NCBI GenBank assembly: GCA_021851145.1
Contig: JAJZJK010000001.1
Location: 1-50,753 of the forward strand
Length of the DNA stretch: 50,753 nt
From: Nanobdellota archaeon
Lineage (GTDB): Archaea > Nanobdellota > Nanobdellia > Parvarchaeales > Parvarchaeaceae
Reading direction: 5' to 3'
Shown: positions 25,880 to 34,548 of the stretch, piece after piece
Layout of the letters: each line of letters opens with the position of its first letter
How positions within the stretch are numbered: the stretch's first letter is position 1
Position numbers and translations under genes: made by a program
The notes under the pieces: model-generated
The model's input: only the letters and a program-made list of their open reading frames with translations
Databases searched by the model: none
Told to the model about the DNA's origin: nothing

Positions 25880-26461
25880 ATGAAAAAGCTATCCGCAATA
25901 GTTTCTGATTTTGATGATACATTGTTTTTCAATAAAAAAGCATTGATCTACGCTGCTAAAGAGCTATACGAAAGTTTGATAAAAGATGAAAATATAAACC
26001 AAGATTACAAACTTTTAAATGATTTAGAGATTACAATAGGGGAAGGAAAAGTAGCAAAAGGTTTCAATAAAAAATGGAAAAATAAATTGTATACTCTTGC
26101 TTATGTAAAATATGGCGAAGAATTGTCTCCAAATGAGCCTTTAATTAATTATTTAAATGAGGGTGTTAAAAATGGTTCAGAACTTATAATCTTGAGTGCA
26201 CGGGGTGAAGAATTTAGAAAGGAGACCGAAGGCCTTCTAAATGCACATAACTTAAATTATAATTCAGTAATACTCCCAAAAGATCATGAATTGAAAGATG
26301 AAGAATGGAAATTGTTGGAGATAAAAAAACTGAGCAATCAATATAATAATATATCGTTATTTGAAGATAAGGAAGAAAACATCAGGTATATCTTGAATAA
26401 TCTAGATGTAAAAAATCTTAGGTGCTATCTTGTAAATCACTCAATTATCACCGAAATGTAG
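25880..26461 (+). CDS. HAD-superfamily phosphatase
   Basis: Motif I VSDFDDTLFF (DxDxT), motif II ILSAR, C-terminal acidic motif LFEDKEEN. Confidence 0.7.
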   Translation: MKKLSAIVSDFDDTLFFNKKALIYAAKELYESLIKDENINQDYKLLNDLEITIGEGKVAKGFNKKWKNKLYTLAYVKYGEELSPNEPLINYLNEGVKNGSELIILSARGEEFRKETEGLLNAHNLNYNSVILPKDHELKDEEWKLLEIKKLSNQYNNISLFEDKEENIRYILNNLDVKNLRCYLVNHSIITEM

Positions 26462-26517
26462 TTATTATCCAAAAATAAACATTTTTATTGCTTGTGTAAT
26501 TAAATGATTTGTTAACT

Positions 26518-26591
26518 GGGCTCGTAGCTTAACTCGGTAGAGCATCCGGCTCTTAACCGGATTGTTGCGGGTTCAAATCCCGTCGAGCCCA
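26518..26591 (+). tRNA. tRNA-Lys (anticodon CTT)
   Basis: Hand-folded. Acceptor GGGCTCG/CGAGCCC; anticodon stem TCCGG/CCGGA with loop CTCTTAA. T arm GCGGG-TTCAAAT-CCCGT, discriminator A. No CCA encoded. Confidence 0.9.
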
Positions 26592-26691
26592 TTTATATTT
26601 TAGAGTATAATCCCTGGCTTGTTAATGTGAAGATATTTGAAAGCATTTATACTAATTAAAATCTAAACTATTTAAGAGTGATAACAATTTT

Positions 26692-28131
26692 ATGGAAGAG
26701 CACACTACTGGTTCGCATAAGCTTGAAGATATTCTCAAAAATAACAGCAATATTAATATGGCTGAAAGCACAAGAAAACGCCTTTCGGATTTTGATGTGA
26801 AAATACTTAGCAGGCTTGTTAAAGAGGAGTTAAAAACCGATAGTTTAGAGGGCTATTTCTTCAAAAATTTTATAGAAGATGTACCTCTGCCCCCATATAA
26901 TTTGGAAGGCCGTTTTGAGCTTATGAAAAAGCAGTATGAAGCGGCTCCCAAATACGTGGTTAAGCCCATTCTGGCTATTAAAGTAAATGGAGAAAAAGAG
27001 AAAATATCTGGATATATTTTAGAAAAATTAAGTGGCATAACACTTCACGAAGCAATAAACAATGATCTAACAAGTAGCTACAACTATAATATCCCGGGCC
27101 AGCTTAATACGGCTATAAAGGAACTAAATAGAAGAGGATGCGTTCATGGGGATATACACCCCAGTAATATTATCTTAACAGAAACAGGAATAAAACTGAT
27201 AGATTCTTTATATGTTGTAGATGGGCCAAAATACGACAGATTTTTTGAAATGCTGCGAGAACGTGATGTAATAATGTTCAAAGCTTTAAAAAAGACACTG
27301 CAAGTCGCAGCTAATGGATACTTTAATAAAGCAACTCAGGATGGCTTCTCTTATTTTAGAAGTCTTGTCAATAACTACCTACCCTCACAAGATTTTTTCT
27401 CATTTAAGCTAATTCTAAATAAGAAAGACATGAAAAATGTAAAAGGTAATTCACCTTTGATAAAATGGTTTATTACTGAGGATATGGCACCAAAATACTG
27501 GGAATCATTCTTTTTCAGGCCAGAAAAAGAATCCTTTACTGTAGACGAAAGAAAGAGCGTATACGCTTACAAAGATCTTGATCATTTTATGAAGGAAAAA
27601 TTTACCTATATGAAAAACCTCCATGATATATGCCCTGATAGGGTAGTCTCTCCTATAAAGGTAATGCTGCCGGCGTCAAATTGTAAAGGTGGGTATAAAA
27701 TCGGAGAAAAATATTTATCCTATGAAAATAATTACTCCTTTAAATACAAAAGCAATCCTGAAAAAATTCCAGGGGGGTATATGGTTGAAGCGGTAGAAGG
27801 TGAATCGCTATATTCTGCGCTTGAAAAATGGCATATAAATAATTACAAAAATATCTTTGAGCAGGTAAATGAAACCATACAAAAGTTTCATAGCAATGGA
27901 TATGCTTATGGAGATCTAAACGATAGAAAAATAATGCTAACTAGACACGGCATAAAATTGCTTGATATTTTTGATTCTTTAGGTTACATAGTTTTAAAGC
28001 CGAAAAATGGGATCCTACCTTTAGATGTTTTCGACCGCGATTACAAAATTAAAAAGATGGAAGATTTGATGGTTTCTGATAATTCTAACCTCAAAAGATT
28101 AGAAAAGACTTTAAACGAATACAAAGATTAA
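26692..28131 (+). CDS. Tandem atypical (Bud32/RIO/Kdo-like) protein-kinase-fold protein: kinase + probable pseudokinase
   Basis: Two homologous halves. Catalytic-loop segments: RGCVHGDIHPSNIILTETGIKLIDSLY (HxD...N intact) and NGYAYGDLNDRKIMLTRHGIKLLDIFD (His to Tyr, Asn to Lys). Confidence 0.6.
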   Translation: MEEHTTGSHKLEDILKNNSNINMAESTRKRLSDFDVKILSRLVKEELKTDSLEGYFFKNFIEDVPLPPYNLEGRFELMKKQYEAAPKYVVKPILAIKVNGEKEKISGYILEKLSGITLHEAINNDLTSSYNYNIPGQLNTAIKELNRRGCVHGDIHPSNIILTETGIKLIDSLYVVDGPKYDRFFEMLRERDVIMFKALKKTLQVAANGYFNKATQDGFSYFRSLVNNYLPSQDFFSFKLILNKKDMKNVKGNSPLIKWFITEDMAPKYWESFFFRPEKESFTVDERKSVYAYKDLDHFMKEKFTYMKNLHDICPDRVVSPIKVMLPASNCKGGYKIGEKYLSYENNYSFKYKSNPEKIPGGYMVEAVEGESLYSALEKWHINNYKNIFEQVNETIQKFHSNGYAYGDLNDRKIMLTRHGIKLLDIFDSLGYIVLKPKNGILPLDVFDRDYKIKKMEDLMVSDNSNLKRLEKTLNEYKD

Positions 28132-28186
28132 GTGTCAAAATATAATTTTTATAAAGCTATTAATCCTTTGATTTGTATCTAATATT

Positions 28187-28939
28187 ATGCAGTCTTTACA
28201 GGGGTTTTTTAGTAGACACGCGAAGGAATACGCTAGCAGCGAAAGTCACATGTATGGAAAGGACTTAGACCTACTTATTTCAATGCTTGATTTAAATAAA
28301 AGCTACAAAGTTTTAGATATAGGTACTGGGCCAGGATTTGTTGCATTTGAGATGTCAAGTAAAGTAGCTGTATCTATCGGATTAGATATGAATGACCATA
28401 TGCTTGATATTGCAGTTAGGAAAGCGGAAGATACAAACAATAACAATGTTGTTTTTGTAAAAGGAGATGCTTTATCCTTGCCATTCCCCGATAATTCCTT
28501 TGATATAGTAACCTGTAGGAGGGCTGCGCATCATATCAAAGACAAGAAAAAGTTTATAGAGGAAGCTTGGAGAGTTCTTAAAAAAGGAGGCAGGTTTGGT
28601 ATAACTGACTTGCTAAAGCCAATGAAGGACAAAAGAGACATTTTCAATAAATTTGAAAAAGCAAGAGATATGACTTATGTTGGTTCAGAATCACTTGATT
28701 CTTGGTTCAAAATGCTAAAGACTAATGCATTTGAAATAGACAATTTTAAGACATTTGAGCTTAAAGAAACATTTCAATCCTGGCTTTCGCCTTTAAGTGA
28801 AAATAGTTTAGAAGGTAGGAGGTCCAAAAAGATACTTGATAGTAATATTGATTATTTTGAGGAAGTCTTCGGATACAACAAAGAAAGTGGTTATTTCAAT
28901 AAATCTAGGATGGTTATAATTGCGAAGAAGCCGAAATAA
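28187..28939 (+). CDS. Class I SAM-dependent methyltransferase (Methyltransf_11/UbiE-like)
   Basis: Motif I VLDIGTGPGFVA, post-I GLDMN, motif II/III VKGDALSLPFPDNSFDIVTC. Confidence 0.8.
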   Translation: MQSLQGFFSRHAKEYASSESHMYGKDLDLLISMLDLNKSYKVLDIGTGPGFVAFEMSSKVAVSIGLDMNDHMLDIAVRKAEDTNNNNVVFVKGDALSLPFPDNSFDIVTCRRAAHHIKDKKKFIEEAWRVLKKGGRFGITDLLKPMKDKRDIFNKFEKARDMTYVGSESLDSWFKMLKTNAFEIDNFKTFELKETFQSWLSPLSENSLEGRRSKKILDSNIDYFEEVFGYNKESGYFNKSRMVIIAKKPK

Positions 28940-28985
28940 AAAGCAAAGGTATAATTTTTAAAAGATAGAAAGTACTAAACTAATA

Positions 28986-29894
28986 ATGATAATTGCATTG
29001 TTATCGGCTAAGCCGTTTGAAGAGGAAAAGCTTAAGAAAATAATATCTAAAAAATTAGATCTTATAAATAATGTACAGATAGCTTTAGACAAAAATGGCC
29101 ATTTGATTCTCTATTCCGTAGATTTTCCTAAATCAATACTTTCTGTTCTTTATATTTTATCAATTGCAAACTATGCTTATTTTATTGCAGATAATGAAAT
29201 AAACGCATTAGATGCAGAGCTTGCGCTTTGTATTGAGAATTCAAGCGTAGAAGAAGGTTTAATAATAAAAGATGAGTATTCTGACATAAATTCTTTCGAC
29301 AAGTTCTTCGAAAAATATAAGATAGGGAAGTTCAAAAAAGCTGATTTAACTTCAATACCCTCTGAATTAACAAAACAAACAGAAAAAGATTTTAAGTATG
29401 TCTCTATAGACAAGCATTTTATTGTTAAAGGTATAGGTTCAGTTGTAATTGGTTTTGTATTGGGCCAATCAGTCAAAAAAGGGGAAAAACTGCTACTCCT
29501 CCCTTCATTGAAACAGTGCAGCATAAAAAGCATACAAATAATGGATGTAGACAGCGAATATGCAGACTCCGGATCACATGTTGGTTTGGCCTTGAATAAC
29601 GTTTCAGAATCCGATCTGTCAAATAATTATGCAGTGTCATCAATAAGCAAAGTTAATGAGGTACTTAATGTTAAATTAACTTTGTCCCCATTTTATAAGG
29701 AGGATCCATTTTCTAAGCAGCTTTCCTGTTCATTTTTTGGAGAGCCTTTAAGCCTTAATCTATCAAAGGATGAAAGTTCTGTGAAAGCGCATTTTAATAA
29801 GAAAATTCCGGAAATAAAAGGTTCTTATCTAATTACGGACCCGAGCCTTGCTATCGGTAAAAATAGGGTAGTTGGTAAAATTGAAGTGATCTAA
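28986..29894 (+). CDS. EF-Tu/SelB-like protein with domain-II beta-barrel but no recognisable GTP-binding motifs
   Basis: VSIDKHFIVKGIGSVVIGFVLGQSVKKGEKLLLLPSLKQCSIKSIQIMDVDSEYADSGSHVGLAL matches the translation-GTPase domain II pattern. The N-terminal ~140 aa lack GxxxxGK[ST], DxxG and NKxD. Confidence 0.5.
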   Translation: MIIALLSAKPFEEEKLKKIISKKLDLINNVQIALDKNGHLILYSVDFPKSILSVLYILSIANYAYFIADNEINALDAELALCIENSSVEEGLIIKDEYSDINSFDKFFEKYKIGKFKKADLTSIPSELTKQTEKDFKYVSIDKHFIVKGIGSVVIGFVLGQSVKKGEKLLLLPSLKQCSIKSIQIMDVDSEYADSGSHVGLALNNVSESDLSNNYAVSSISKVNEVLNVKLTLSPFYKEDPFSKQLSCSFFGEPLSLNLSKDESSVKAHFNKKIPEIKGSYLITDPSLAIGKNRVVGKIEVI

Positions 29895-29896
29895 AA

Positions 29897-30823
29897 CTAA
29901 AATATATCAGGAACCTTTTTTAGTTTTTTATAGTACTCCAATGCCGTTCTTATGCCTTCATCTGCGCTTATTCTAGCAGAGAAACCTAATTTCTCTCTAC
30001 TTTTCTGGGTATCTGCTTGTACTATATCAACATAATTTTTAAGAGGGTTATCTATATTTTTTGTTTTAATACTTTTTCCCATAGCGTAGCCAACTTTCTT
30101 TATTATCTCATTAAATGAATAGGATACTCCAGTTCCAACATTGAATATCCCATTCTCCTTACTTTTTGATGCAATTAAATTTGCGGATACAACATCTGAT
30201 ACGTTTACTAAATCCCTCCTCTGCTCACCATCTCCGTATATCATAACTTCTTTATCAAGAAGGCCTTTCCAGATTATTTGAGAAACCATATTCGCAAATG
30301 TTTTCTTGCTTTCTTCTCTTTCGCCATATACACTAAAATACCTTAAACCACAGTACTCTAATCCATACATCTGTTGGAAAAGATCTGCAAGTCTTTCCAT
30401 AGGATATCTTGCTTCTGTATAAAAATCCTTTACTTTTGGTATTACATCCTCATTGTGAGGTGGTGGGTAGCCATTGTATATTGATGAACTGGATGCAAAA
30501 ACAAGCTTACATTTGTTCTTTACACAGTAATTTAAAATAGCTATGAACTCAGATATTGCTTTTCCCACCAGAGTATTATCTTTTCTATAAATCGGAGTAG
30601 AGGAATATATTCCTGCGTGGAATACTATATCTGCTTTTCCAAGCTTGTTTATCTCTGAAGAGTTTCCTTTTATGAATTTTACCTTATTCTTTATATCCTT
30701 AATATTATTTTTATCCCCAGTGCTTAAGTTATCAATTATAGAAACAGAATAGCCTTCTTCCAAAAGCCTTTCGGCGATATGGGAACCAATAAAACCGGCT
30801 CCACCAGTTACTATTGCCTTCAT
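29897..30823 (-). CDS. NAD-dependent nucleotide-sugar epimerase/dehydratase (SDR extended family)
   Basis: MKAIVTGGAGFIGSHIAERLLEEGY...IIDNLSTG Rossmann start, with extended-SDR length and layout. Confidence 0.85.
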   Translation of the reverse strand: MKAIVTGGAGFIGSHIAERLLEEGYSVSIIDNLSTGDKNNIKDIKNKVKFIKGNSSEINKLGKADIVFHAGIYSSTPIYRKDNTLVGKAISEFIAILNYCVKNKCKLVFASSSSIYNGYPPPHNEDVIPKVKDFYTEARYPMERLADLFQQMYGLEYCGLRYFSVYGEREESKKTFANMVSQIIWKGLLDKEVMIYGDGEQRRDLVNVSDVVSANLIASKSKENGIFNVGTGVSYSFNEIIKKVGYAMGKSIKTKNIDNPLKNYVDIVQADTQKSREKLGFSARISADEGIRTALEYYKKLKKVPDIF

Positions 30824-30856
30824 ATATTGATATGAAAATGGCCATTTAAATGCATT

Positions 30857-31549
30857 TCATTTGTTTTCTTTAATGTAACTCTCTAAATCTTCTGCATTTA
30901 TCATCGGCTTTTTTACTTTGTTCATGTCATCTATTGCTATTCTTTGGCAGGCTGTGCTGATAAAGGCGTCTATCTCCCTAAATTCATTCAGTCTTTCAAA
31001 GTTTATTTCATCAGCTATTACAGAGTAAACCTGTTTTCCGTCTTTTCTAAGTTTCTCTTTTAAAATTTTTGATCCGTAGGTCTGCCCAGATTTAGTTGAC
31101 TCAATAAACATTATCTTCTTTGCAGTCAATACTGCTCCAATCCCTTGCATTATCCTTTTTCTGTATTTTTCTGCTACGTCTGCATTTATTATTTCAATAT
31201 TCTCTGTTTCAGGGTCTGCAGTTATGACTGCCTTCCCATATTTGAGGGGTATACCTAAAACATGAAACATTCCCTGTTCAAAGGCCAAAGTTGCATCACA
31301 GTCAGTACAGTCTGCAGCATAAACATCACAGCCTAAAATCTGTCCGGGGTACATAGCCCTATAAAGCGACTGTTTTACTACAAATTCTTTATCTCTTACT
31401 CTTTCCTTAAAATCATTCATTTGGTCTATAAATTGTATGGCTGCAACAAGGTTTATTTTTTTATACGGTTTTATCTCCTCATAAATCCTTTTTAAAAATG
31501 CCTCACTTAATTTGCCTTTAAATCTAGATTCAACAAAAATCATTTCCAT
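30857..31549 (-). CDS. Dph2-like diphthamide-synthesis radical-SAM protein, lacking the N-terminal domain
   Basis: YPGQILGCD, GMFHVLGIPL and IDAFISTACQRIAIDD match Dph2 domains 2 and 3. It is only 230 aa (archaeal Dph2 is roughly 330-340 aa from memory). Only 85 nt of non-coding DNA lie upstream. Confidence 0.65.
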   Translation of the reverse strand: MEMIFVESRFKGKLSEAFLKRIYEEIKPYKKINLVAAIQFIDQMNDFKERVRDKEFVVKQSLYRAMYPGQILGCDVYAADCTDCDATLAFEQGMFHVLGIPLKYGKAVITADPETENIEIINADVAEKYRKRIMQGIGAVLTAKKIMFIESTKSGQTYGSKILKEKLRKDGKQVYSVIADEINFERLNEFREIDAFISTACQRIAIDDMNKVKKPMINAEDLESYIKENK

Positions 31550-31634
31550 GATACTTTCATTATTTGTTCATTTAATAAGTTATTTATGCATATGCAAAGC
31601 TATTTATAAATAACAATCATATCTAATAAAGTCT

Positions 31635-32012
31635 ATGGAAATAAAGATTGTAATAAATGATCCAAAAACAGGGAAGTCATTTAATAAGAGTTTGGATAGT
31701 GAGAAAGCAGATCAGCTCTTTGGTAAAAAGATAAATGAGGAGTTTGATCTTTCATTTGTAGGTTTAGATGGTTATACTGGTATAATAACCGGTGGTAGCT
31801 ATATGACGGGAATGCCAATGTCAAAGGACTTAGACGGGTCAGGGCTTAGAAAAGTTCTTATAGGGAAAGGATTAGGGAATAAGCAAGACATACGTAGAAG
31901 GAAGAGCATTGCTGGTAATACAGTTGGACAGTTTACTTCTCAAATTAACATAAAAATATCAAAGTACGGAGAAAAATCTTTGGAGCAGTTATTTACACCT
32001 TCTAATGGTTAA
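31635..32012 (+). CDS. rps6e: 30S ribosomal protein S6e (eS6)
   Basis: MEIKIVINDPKTGKS...GYTGIITGGSYMTGMPM...RKVLIGKGLG...RRRKSIAGNTV. Confidence 0.9.
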   Translation: MEIKIVINDPKTGKSFNKSLDSEKADQLFGKKINEEFDLSFVGLDGYTGIITGGSYMTGMPMSKDLDGSGLRKVLIGKGLGNKQDIRRRKSIAGNTVGQFTSQINIKISKYGEKSLEQLFTPSNG

Positions 32013-33186
32013 GGATATAACAATAGATGTAGTTGGTAATTTCGCCGATGGTAAAACAACATTAGTAAAGGCAATTACTAGTGAGTCAACTTTAAGGCAC
32101 AGCGAAGAAAAAAAGAGAGGAATAACTATAAGATTAGGTTACGCACATTTTCTTATATACAAATGTGATTCGTGTGGTGCGTTTAGCAGATACAAAAAAT
32201 GTGAAGTATGCAAATCTGATTCAAGCTTGTATTATAGAGTTTCTATTATAGATTCTCCTGGCCATAAGACATTAATGACTATAATGCTTAGCGGAGCAAC
32301 ATTAGTAGACGGGGCAGTTTTAGTAATAGCCTCTAACCAAAAATGTCCTCAGCCACAAACACAAGAGCATATTGAAGCGCTTAGGATAATAGGAGTTAAA
32401 AATATAGTTGTGGCTCAGACTAAAATAGATGTAGTGGGCAAAGAGCGTGCAAAAGAAAGTTACAACGAGATAAAAGACTTTATGTCAAAAAATGGTTATC
32501 CTGATGCTAAGATTATACCAGTTTTTGCTGCACAAGATGTAAATATTACTCAGTTGATCCAGGAAATAGGTAAGTTTGAAGTGCCAGATAGTTCAAATGA
32601 AGAGAGAACCGAAATAGTAGTTGTAAGAAGTTTTGATATAAATCGGCCAGGTGCAGACATAAGTGAACTTAAGGGAGGTGTATTAGGCGGAGGGATAAAA
32701 TCCGGTTTGTTAAAGATAAATGACAATATCTCAATTTATCCAGGAGTATATATCAAAAATTCATGGAAGCCATTAAAGACAAAGGTAATAAGTATGCAAA
32801 GTGAATTCGGAACTGAAAAATCGGCTTCTAGAGGATTAATGGTAGGCATTGAAACCGACTTAGATCCATCTCTAGCAAGAAGGGATAATCTCTCCGGGGC
32901 ATTAATTGTTAAGAGTGACACTACTCCTTTGTTTAAAAATAGAATAGCAATAAAATATGAAGCAATCCAGAACAAATTTGATAAGCCATTACAAAAAAAT
33001 GAAACAGTACTATTAAATGTACTGTCTTCAAAAGTACTAGGTACAGTAGTTTCTTCCTCTAATAATGGCGTTGTTATAAATTTGGGCGCTTCATCCTTAC
33101 CTTATTTTGTGGGGGAACGTGCTATTCTTTCTAGAAAGCTTAACAATGTTTGGACTGTTGCAGGCTCTGGAAATATCTATGAATGA
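32005..33186 (+). CDS. eif2g: Translation initiation factor aIF2 gamma subunit
   Basis: G1 VVGNFADGKTTLVKAIT, RGITIRLGYA, zinc knuckle CDSCG...CEVCK, DSPGHKTLM, QTQEHIEAL, G4 variant QTKID. An 8-nt overlap with rps6e (conserved archaeal rps6e-eif2g linkage). Confidence 0.9.
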   Translation: MVKDITIDVVGNFADGKTTLVKAITSESTLRHSEEKKRGITIRLGYAHFLIYKCDSCGAFSRYKKCEVCKSDSSLYYRVSIIDSPGHKTLMTIMLSGATLVDGAVLVIASNQKCPQPQTQEHIEALRIIGVKNIVVAQTKIDVVGKERAKESYNEIKDFMSKNGYPDAKIIPVFAAQDVNITQLIQEIGKFEVPDSSNEERTEIVVVRSFDINRPGADISELKGGVLGGGIKSGLLKINDNISIYPGVYIKNSWKPLKTKVISMQSEFGTEKSASRGLMVGIETDLDPSLARRDNLSGALIVKSDTTPLFKNRIAIKYEAIQNKFDKPLQKNETVLLNVLSSKVLGTVVSSSNNGVVINLGASSLPYFVGERAILSRKLNNVWTVAGSGNIYE

Positions 33187-33538
33187 AGTTGTTGTAGACA
33201 CAAATGTAATGGTTTATTGTTTTGATGGAAAATTGGATTTAAGAAGTTTGCTAGATAATTTCCTTCAAGAAAGTTTCTCTTTGGTCACGCTAAAAAAATG
33301 CATGGATGAGTTAATTGCAATTAAAAGGCAGGATGTACATAGGTTTTTTCTTTTTTATGGGATTAAAATAGTCGATTTTTATGAAGGCAAAAACACAGAT
33401 GATACCTTATTGGGGTATTGCAAGGGTAAAAATTGCTTTTTATTTACAGAAGACAAAGACCTTAGGAACAAAGCTACTAATATTAATATAAAAACATTAA
33501 GTTTTGATGGCAGGTCTGTGAAAATCAGCAAATTATAA
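33179..33538 (+). CDS. PIN-domain protein (Fcf1/COG1412-like), conserved neighbour of aIF2-gamma
   Basis: MNEVVVDTNV...CMDEL...TDDTLL...LFTEDKDLRN acidic PIN tetrad. Start moved from the ORF-track 33107 to the ATG at 33179 (ATGAATGA overlap with the eif2g stop). Confidence 0.75.
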   Translation: MNEVVVDTNVMVYCFDGKLDLRSLLDNFLQESFSLVTLKKCMDELIAIKRQDVHRFFLFYGIKIVDFYEGKNTDDTLLGYCKGKNCFLFTEDKDLRNKATNINIKTLSFDGRSVKISKL

Positions 33539-33583
33539 AAAAATATAAATGCTTATATAGCTATAACTTTAAAAAATAGAATT

Positions 33584-33853
33584 ATGGAAAATGATATAAT
33601 ATTTGTGGGGAAGAAACCAATAATGTCATATGTTATGGCTATACTTACTCATTTGAATTCTGGGAATAATCAGGTTATAATAAAGGCAAGGGGTTCTTCT
33701 ATTTCAACTGCAGTTGATATCTCCCAGGTTACAGTGAATAAATTCATGAAGGATCTTAAGATTTCCCACATTGAAATTGGCACGGAAGAACTTGCTGATA
33801 AAGAAGGGAAGAAAAGAAATGTTTCATTTATATCAATTGAGATGAAGAGGTAA
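33584..33853 (+). CDS. albA: DNA/RNA-binding protein Alba
   Basis: 89 aa. IIFVGKKPIMSYVMAILTHL...VIIKARGSSISTAVDISQV...EIGTEEL...VSFISIEM. Confidence 0.9.
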   Translation: MENDIIFVGKKPIMSYVMAILTHLNSGNNQVIIKARGSSISTAVDISQVTVNKFMKDLKISHIEIGTEELADKEGKKRNVSFISIEMKR

Positions 33854-33855
33854 GC

Positions 33856-34500
33856 ATGATAAAGGAAAATGATTTTGTAATGATAAATTTTGTTGGAAGG
33901 ATAACAGCTACCGGGCAGATATTTGACTTAACGGATAAAAAAATTGCAGATCAAGAGAATATAAAAGGGGATTATAATTTTTCTCCAGTACTTGTTATAC
34001 CTGGAGGTAATTATGTTTTAAAGGTTTTATCGGATTCTTTAATAGGCAAAAATGTTGGAGATAAATACTCCATTACGGTTTCATCAAAAGACGGATTTGG
34101 TGAGTTTGATAAGAAGCTTATCAAGACCTACGGTATTTCCGTTTTTAGAAACAATAACATTAACCCCTCTGTTGGAGACATGATATTGTTGGATGATAAA
34201 ATGGCAACAGTTTTAGCGATAAATAGCGGGAGAGTAATGGTAAGCTATAACCATCCGCTAGCAGGTAAAGAATTAAGGTATGATATAGAGGTACTCTCAC
34301 TAATCGAAAATGATGTAGATAAATACTCTGCAATATTCCAGCATTATGTTAGCAAAGCGCCGGAAAAAGTTGAGGTTGATGGGGAAAATATAAAAATTGC
34401 TACAAAAGAGGATGTCAAGCCTTACATAAAAGACAGTATATCTATGGATATACAGAAGTATATAAACAAGAATCTTAAAACTGAGATAGTAAAAGATTAG
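33856..34500 (+). CDS. FKBP-type peptidyl-prolyl isomerase (archaeal long/SlyD-like)
   Basis: VMINFVGRI..GQIFD, DGFGEFDKKL and YNHPLAGKELRYDIEVL, with an insert-in-flap region between them. Confidence 0.85.
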   Translation: MIKENDFVMINFVGRITATGQIFDLTDKKIADQENIKGDYNFSPVLVIPGGNYVLKVLSDSLIGKNVGDKYSITVSSKDGFGEFDKKLIKTYGISVFRNNNINPSVGDMILLDDKMATVLAINSGRVMVSYNHPLAGKELRYDIEVLSLIENDVDKYSAIFQHYVSKAPEKVEVDGENIKIATKEDVKPYIKDSISMDIQKYINKNLKTEIVKD

Positions 34501-34506
34501 TAGATA

Positions 34507-34542
34507 TTTATATATAATCAGGACTGATTAATTTATTGAGGT
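34507..34542 (+). promoter_or_regulatory. TATA-like box (TTTATATATAA) plus SD-like GAGGT upstream of ftsZ paralogue 2
   Basis: The TATA-like element lies 32-42 nt upstream of the ATG. GAGGT at 34538-34542 is 6 nt before the ATG. Positional inference only. Confidence 0.3.
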
Positions 34543-34548
34543 AATAGT

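Noticed and set aside
25737-25922. 61-aa minus-strand ORF spanning tRNA-Val
   Set aside because: It is almost entirely made of the tRNA-Val gene and its promoter region. The tRNA fold is clean.
33107-33178. Longer start for the PIN-domain gene
   Set aside because: It would overlap 80 nt of the aIF2-gamma 3' end. The PIN domain begins right at the ATG at 33179 (MNEVVVDTN), which forms a typical ATGAATGA coupling with the upstream stop.
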